Origin: Macrostomum lignano
Lineage: Eukaryota
Assembly: GCA_002269645.1 (NCBI GenBank)
Contig: NIVC01002702.1
Location: 84,779-148,778, forward strand
Direction of reading: 5' to 3'
DNA: 64,000 nucleotides
A model generated the notes under the pieces. The model was not told the origin of the DNA and did not search any database. It was given only the letters and a program-made list of their open reading frames with translations. Each line of letters starts with the position of its first letter. Position 1 is the first letter of the stretch. The translations under genes and the position numbers were made by a program. Below are positions 50,713 through 64,000 of this stretch, piece after piece.

Positions 50713-51855
50713 TCTACTTTTTCAAGTCTGCAAGTTATCTAAAAAAACAGCAAAGACAACAACAGCAAGGTTTACAGCAGTATATCAGTTAGGCACAGCA
50801 TTTTAGACGTGACATGAGTTTTTGATTTCCATTTACGTCATTGATAAGCAATAAATGTGTGGCATAACTAACTAAAATCATAAGTTTGAAAATCATTTTT
50901 CATGAAATAAAACAAAAACTCTACTAGCAGTTAGCATTTGTTATAATAAATTTGACAGCAGGTGACCGGATGAAATTCAGATTTATATCTTCAAATCATT
51001 TAAATACTTGATCAAATTTATCAAAAGTAAACGTTCTACAGCAGTAAGCTTACTTGAAATTAACAATAGTGCATAACTTTCTATCAATTAATCAGAACAC
51101 AGTAATAAAATAATGCTTTAAATATGTGAGGGATATTACAATGTACCATAACTAATTTACATATTGTGTAGTGTAGTATTTGATGAAAGTATATACCTAT
51201 ACCAATAATATGCTAATAACACAGCCATGGCTTATACACACTTGATTTGGCATTTGAATTAATCTAGATTACAAAATCAATCAATAAATAAATATGATTA
51301 TTCAGCAGAGCCACAACTAAGCCAGAAAAAATAGTGACAAACTATTTACGTTACAGTCGCTGTATTTCCTGAAAATCATCATGACACTACTCATCTACTA
51401 CCCAGTAGTATGCATAGCGTATGCTTATAAAAAACGAAATCAACAGTGTGTGACTTGAGCAGTAAAAAAATCTTTGTTTGAAATGAAGAACCTGCGACAA
51501 ACCTCAATTCGCCTGTAAAAAAGTTAACCACCAGTAAGAAAAAATGAGTATGCAAAACTTATTTCAATAATATGGACATTTGGAATTAATAATTCCAATG
51601 GCTAGCTAAACGAAATCAGACTAGATGAGAAACCATAAAATCTTTTTATGCTACTTATGAGTAGTTTAAAAATATTCTGGTTCTCAAGAATTAATATTTA
51701 TTTTATTATTAATAGATATTGATCATCTAACCAACCCAATTTTGGCAGACTTGGAAGAAGCGACAGGTGAACAAAATGAGAGTTATAAATATAAAAAAAC
51801 AAAAGCAAAGTTTAATATTTGGTTTATACTAAAGCATTGGTCAATTAACATCAAT

Positions 51856-57772
<5,917 letters not shown>

Positions 57773-59934
57773 ACTGATTTATTGGATTTTAAGTTGTAGA
57801 AAAAATCAATGCAGGATATAGTAAGCAGATGATTCACTTTAATTTTGAGTATTGATGCAAGTCTTTAATAGTAAATAACTTCTACCATATCTTCTAGTAA
57901 GGCATGAATTGTACAATTATATGATTATATAGATAGATACAATAGTGTTATAAACATTATACACTTTCTTTGTTATACCAATAACTAAAAATCTTTTTAG
58001 TTTTCATTATATTCAAGTTTAACTTTTAAGTCAAATTATGGTACCATAGGTTTTAGCTATTTATTATGTTAAAATAAGCTCACTTTAAATATTATATTAA
58101 AAAATTCTATATACATAATGTTCATTATTTAAGTACTAAAATTAATAATATTAATAGTTATAGTTCTTATAGGCTAACTTTTAAAAGATTATATTATCAA
58201 AGTTAATAGCAATCCTGAGTTATACTTTAACTGGAAATGCTAAGTTTTTTTCTTTGTTTTTGGTTAAGTTGCAACTGGCCTTCTATATAGCATTTTTAAA
58301 CAAAGCCATTTTTAGTTTAGTGATAAAATTGGTATAGCTAGCAATAATGCAACTTAAAGTAGGCATATATATTATACTATTTTATACTCTGCAAGATATA
58401 GTGCATGCTAGAATTGTGAAAAGTATAAATGAAAAAAATGTATAGCTATTAGTATGCATAATGCATGTTATAGCATGCTAGTATAGGCTTATACATATTG
58501 GCTCTACCTCCCAGTTCATTGGCTCAAATGCTATGGATTTGTTTGGTATTAGTGTGTAATAACTTTGAAAGGCAAAGGCTAGCTTATAGCACAAAATAGT
58601 TTGCTTTGCTAAGCTGAGAATTGCAGAGAGATACCAGAAAAGAGGTGCCTTTCCCAAACAGAGTTGGAAGCACATTTATGACAATATATTTGGGGTGGGT
58701 ACACCCCAAGCTTTATAGAGAGAAGGCAATAGAATGCACAAACAGTGGAAAGATACAAACAATAGGATGAGTCCCATGCAGATAGACAAATAAACAAAGA
58801 GAGATAGATGAAGAACCAGATAGACACGCAATGATTCAGACAAGGGAGTGCACACAGAAAATAGAAAAAGTGTATATGTCCATTGCACAAATGCCATAGC
58901 ATATTTTAATTTTGTTTTGAAGTAAGGCCTATTCTAATATGCATTTACTATGATCTAGACTATAGAATTGTATACTATCTAAGTCTTATATTTTTCTATT
59001 TTGTTTTAATACTAAATTATAATCATCATTTAGGTTAGGCCTACTATTGAATTTAGGCTATGATTTAGACAAAATTTTCATTTAAATAGCTAGTTATATA
59101 GCCATTGGTTTTTTGCTTAAGCATAATATAATAAAGGTAATATAATCAATATAATAAAGTCATTACTTTTAAGTGTGTAATAAATTCTAGCTCAGTATTG
59201 ACTTTTGAATGACACAACTTGCACTATACAATGCAGATTTGGGCTGGGTGAGGAGGGATTGGGATGAGCAGGGGGTGAAGATTTGATGGATTGAAGCTTC
59301 TTTCCACGACCATTATTGTCCACCTATTTTCATTATTTTTCAAACATTTTTATCAAAATGCCATGGTTGGCTAGATGATAGATTGTAGCACATATATCAT
59401 TAGAATTGCTCATACGTTTTATTCATATTCAGTATTAATAATATGAAAATTATAAAACAACATGAAACAATTTAAGAAGCAGCATATTAATCTTGATAAA
59501 GAGAGCTTGATTTATTGTTTGAGCTAGATAGCATGTGTTTTAGAGCAGATGCACCATCCGAAATCCATCATTAGCAATAGCACGGACTGTTTGTATCTGT
59601 CATCGTTCGTCCTCTAAGAATAATGTGAGGTCCCAGTGATGATGATTTCTAAGAAAATCCAACAGTGAAACGATTTTAAAACTTCGAAGCATTGGTTGGC
59701 AACGCAGTTTAACAAGTATGTACACGTGCTACACGAAAGCTGCAAGTAATCAAGCCATTTTCATCGTCTGCAGCATCTTTAACTGAATTGCTTCCAACAA
59801 GCAGCTTTGCAATTAGAGAGCTTGGCGTCGTGTGCAGTTGGGTACGTGAATGCACATACATGTATACATGGTACAGGCAGCTTTCGGTTAATCTAATCCT
59901 TTCCGACCGACCTTAACCCAAGGACGATTGCATG

Positions 59935-59935
<1 letters not shown>

Positions 59936-60007
<72 letters not shown>

Positions 60008-60014
60008 GCTACTA
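59936..60014. repeat. (TAC)n microsatellite
   Basis: Direct reading. Confidence 0.97.
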
Positions 60015-61037
60015 CTTTTGGATAAGGTATCTCGAGCGAAATCGACTGCATGGGTGCAGATTTCACGCTAATCACCGTTTACTCCAATCGAAAAAATGCT
60101 GGTTGGTACATTACCCGAGGCCTAGTGAAATTGCGTGTGCTGATGTACTAGAACGTGTGCATATAGAAGAGGGCGCCCCCTTTAAAAGAAGTCCTGGCTA
60201 CGCCCCACCCATGCCTGATCAACCCAATGCAGCACTAGCTAGCAGCTTGCATTGCCTTCTTTGAGTCTGCTAGCTATAATTTTCGTTACAGCCGTCTCTC
60301 TTATCTCCTAGTTATTTGCTGCTTCATCCTGCCTCTTTTTGAAGCAGATGCAGTGCCAGATTGTTATACATTTGTTTTTTGCTTGCGCATTTTTACATAT
60401 AAATTTTAGAGAACGTGGTATTGTAAATTTTCAACAAATATTTTAATTAAGTTTGGATTTGTTTGTCAGGAACATACATGTAGGAATGCAACCAACGAAA
60501 CACTGAAAATTCGAAAGGAGCTGTGAACTATTAATTTGTTAGATGAAGATAAGATTTTTGTTAACTGCAGTTAGCCTGATTTGTATCATTCGCAAAAGAC
60601 TTATACATGTACATGTATTGCGTCAATTTGTCTTTTTAGATCAAGGGAGCTTGGTGAAATATGGATTATATATAATCGCACGTGATTAAATGGCTTTGGA
60701 CTAGGGATCTTGCAGCTTCCGGTCTTGAGATATATCGATTTTGTCAGGTCTTCATTACGTGCAGCCCGAATCCATGACGGTTCATATCAGCTCTGTAATC
60801 CTTCGTAGTTATAGAATGAAAGAATTCTTGAGTTGCCGGATAATTTGTGTCATGAGTTCTTTTCCAGCACTCAATCTTGCTCAATCTTGCTTTCCAATCC
60901 ACATGCAATACCTATAGATACGCTTGTACTTTGTTAAAGATGAAAAAATAGCACAGGGAATTGTTTAGAAGACCAATATATACCAGGGTATGATACAGCA
61001 ATTTTTACCAGGTCACGAGTAAGACAACAAAGATAGT

Positions 61038-61584
61038 TTTCCTCTCCTCTCTCCTCTTTCTCTCATCTCCTCTCCCCTCTCTATTCTCTCCTTTCTCCTC
61101 TCTCCTCTCTCCTCTCTCCTCTCTCCTCTCCTCTCTCAGATCTCTTCTCCTCTCACCCCTCTCCTCTCTCCTCTCCCCTCTCTTCTCTCAGCTCTCCTCT
61201 CCTCTCTCCTCTCCTCTCTCCTCTCCTCTCTCCTCTCCTCTCTCCTCTACTCTTTCCTCTCCCCTCTCCCCTCTCCGCTCTCCTCTCCTCTCTCAGATCT
61301 CTTCTCCTCTCACCCCTCTCCTCTCTCCTCTCCCCTCTCCTCTCTCAGCTCTCCTCTCCTCTCTCCTCTCCTCTCCTCTCTCTTCTCCCCCTCCTCTCCC
61401 CTCTCCTCTCCTCTCCTCTCACCCCTCTCCTCTCTCCTCTCTCCTCTCCTCTCCTCTCTCCCCTCTCCTCTCTCCTCTCCTCTTTCTTCTCTCCCCTCTC
61501 CTTTCCTCTCTCATCTCTCCTCTCCTCTTCTCACCTCTCTCCTCTCTTCTCTCTCTCCTCTCTCCTCTCTCCTCTCTCCTCTCA
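61038..61584. repeat. (CTCTC)n-type low-complexity tract
   Basis: Direct reading. Confidence 0.95.
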
Positions 61585-62416
61585 TCGTTTGTGTGTCTGT
61601 GGTACATAATAATTGGTAATGTACGAGAGAAGAACTTGCTGAAGGAGAATTCAAAATTGCTTCAAGCTTTTTAAGCAGGGGCGCGAATTATGTACCCAAA
61701 GCGTTAGCTTTCTCTTGCTTGATTTATTTATCATAAATCTACAAAATAGTTCACTAGATTTATGATAAATTATTATTATAATTAATTACTCGAACCCACA
61801 AAATGTCATACGTTATATGTAATTAGCTAATTAAACTTAAACAATTAGAGATGCATTGATAAGATCAATAATTGTGTTTCGAAATATTTCATCAACGCAA
61901 AGCTGAAAGCTCACAAATTACAGAGCTATAATTACCGCTTCAAGCGCATAGCTAAAGCTGTGACGCAAACAACTCAACTAGCCACGCCTCCCCCCATCTG
62001 TTAATTATAATTATAGATAATTCTCGTTTTACAGCCTACAGGCTGTAAATGGGGTAAGGGATCCTGGACAATTCTCACAGTCTTTGCTTTAATTCTCTCA
62101 CTGGCGATTAGTGGCTTCAGATTAGAATCGCTTGACATGAGTGTCTGCATGCAATGTTTTGCTCGAGGTCCTAGCTCTTTCATAATTAGAGCTCCTGTGA
62201 TCACGTGTTTGCTTTCGATGACTGTTTTTAAGCTTTAAACAAAACTATAGCTACTTATTTAGGTCATGAATTGAAAAGAAACTGTGCAACCTTTTTACAA
62301 GTACGAGGCCGAGCTAACTTAATTATTAACTGCAAAGGACTCTTTAAACAAGTAATTCCCTATTTCTTATTGAACTTACGCCTAAAAGTCCCAATCTCAA
62401 ATTCCCTAATGTTTAC

Positions 62417-62577
62417 CAGTGGCGTAGCCAGGATTTCCTTCTGGGGGGGGGTCACAGTCACAGGCTCTCATAGCGGCAACCGATGGCAGGGGGTGCTAGG
62501 CCTCTGCGACGGGGGAGGGGGGTGCTGAGGCATTTGGCCTGGATCAGCCGGCTGATCCCCCCTTGGCTACGCCCCTG
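62417..62577. mobile_element. MITE (161 bp), hAT-like
   Basis: TIRs CAGTGGCGTAGCCA / TGGCTACGCCCCTG (13/14); TSD ATGTTTAC / ATGTTTGC (7/8). Confidence 0.8.
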
Positions 62578-63629
62578 ATGTTTGCTTACTTAATCATTCC
62601 CAATTCCAATTCTCAATTTTCATTACCCAAATTATTTATTTCCGATTGCATTTGCTCACTTCTAATTCCACATTTCTCGATCAATTCAAAAGTTAGCGTG
62701 ACTAATTCTTTTTTTGAAGGGCCATATTTTACAAGGCATTTTTTCACTGCTGATTCTGCTCGAGGCTCTGAAATTTCGATGGCCGTGCATAATTAAGGAT
62801 GAGATGAGGGAAGAAAAAAGCAGTTTTTAAATTTTGTATATTTTAATAGTATAAAGTATAGTATTTTGTATATTAATGTATTATCAACACTTGGTAATGC
62901 TATAGAATGCTTGTATAAAGAATTTATTTAGCTATCGATTTTAGTAAACATTGTTTTAACAATTACACTTACAGAACGATGATTATTTTTAAATTCTAGG
63001 CATAAAAATACCCTCTAAGAATTCGCAAATAAAAAAACATTTTTGCACAGAAATACAACGTAAAGTTATAATTTAAAATCGCGTTTACAAGCACAAGTGA
63101 GGCATTTTGTTTTAGTTAAGCTAATTACTTTTTCTAGTTATTTATCTTTAGTTATCTATTGGTTGCCATAACTAATTTTGAAATTGTTGACATGTAGAGA
63201 CGAAATAATAAGTCATATATATTTTTACAATTATCAATAGTTACAGCATATACACTGGCAAGTAAAACAAATTAGCATCGAACGGATTCAAATTCTGTCG
63301 CTTCTTGCTTTCGCACGTCTAGATCTGTTTGTTAGTGCATACAATATAAAATTATATAAGCAATGATAATTGTTTCCTTCTAAGGAAAAAATATTATACA
63401 GAAACAATTATGCGAGGCATTCATAAAACTAATTCATTAAAACAATATATAAAGTATAGAAAAATGACAAGCCAATCAAAGATCGACCAATTTTCAGATG
63501 CTGGTAAAAATTGTTACACCAAAGTACTCGTAACTGTTTTAAATAGGAATAGGACAAACGACAGGTAGGATAGGTGACGCCAGTAAAGTTATATTTAATG
63601 ATGCAAATTACTTCTTGTGTAACAATTTA

Positions 63630-64000
63630 CAAGAAGAAACACGGAGAAGTTGCTGTAACGGAAACGGACAGAGCATTGACAGAGTGCAGTGACGGCGGTA
63701 CATAGACGTTTTTGGGGTCAATTGCCGTGTGCTGACGGACAGCATTCAAGATAATTCATTCGCTCAGATACTGCAACGTCAGGCATGTGCGCGCTCAAAC
63801 AAACATAATCTTCTAATTGATCCCTAAACTAATTAAAACCCACGCTGCCATCGCTGCTGCTGCTCTTGTGCAGGTCTCGTTACGCGACATTGCGCTGCTG
63901 TCGCTGAAAATTGTCGAGAGTTGATGTCGGGCTTTAGCCTTGTCGTTGCGGCAGCGGCGGCGGCAGCATTGGACCGAGACGTTGAGCGGTGACGATGCCG
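63630..64000 (-). other. Possible 3' exon(s) of a gene running off the window edge
   Basis: GC-rich, Ala/Gln-run coding-like texture with open minus-strand frames; no motif recognised. Confidence 0.3.

Noticed and set aside
49865-50806. 313-aa plus-strand ORF
   Set aside because: Antisense to GLTP exon 1 and extended by (TCTA)n.

Overview
This is AT-rich, repeat-dense metazoan genomic DNA with GT-AG introns. There is no rRNA, tRNA or CRISPR array. The style (GC-rich exons, a different minisatellite in almost every intron, splice acceptors just upstream of start codons) resembles a trans-splicing flatworm such as Macrostomum, but that identity is inferred, not shown. Four conserved genes can be rebuilt exon by exon: PIGG (+) and AP5M1 (+) head-to-tail, and GALNT10-like (-) and GLTP (-) head-to-tail. 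The window also holds a secreted WSC-FTLD-FTLD-WSC lectin with a recently duplicated exon, and a secreted protein gene split by a 9.7-kb CACTA/CMC-like element. That element contains a MITE and a SINE-like repeat; the repeat contains a 6.4-kb hAT transposon, which contains another MITE. Other elements are a 5'-truncated RTE LINE lacking its catalytic DD, a dead Merlin/ISXO2 transposase, several MITEs with target-site duplications, two orphan ORFs and about 20 tandem arrays. The most notable candidates are: (1) a PIGG-AP5M1 operon in which AP5M1 has no local genomic start codon and may receive its AUG from a spliced leader; (2) the multi-level nested insertion; (3) inverted minisatellites flanking PIGG exon 4; (4) the modular lectin. 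All coordinates were read by eye and no searches were run.
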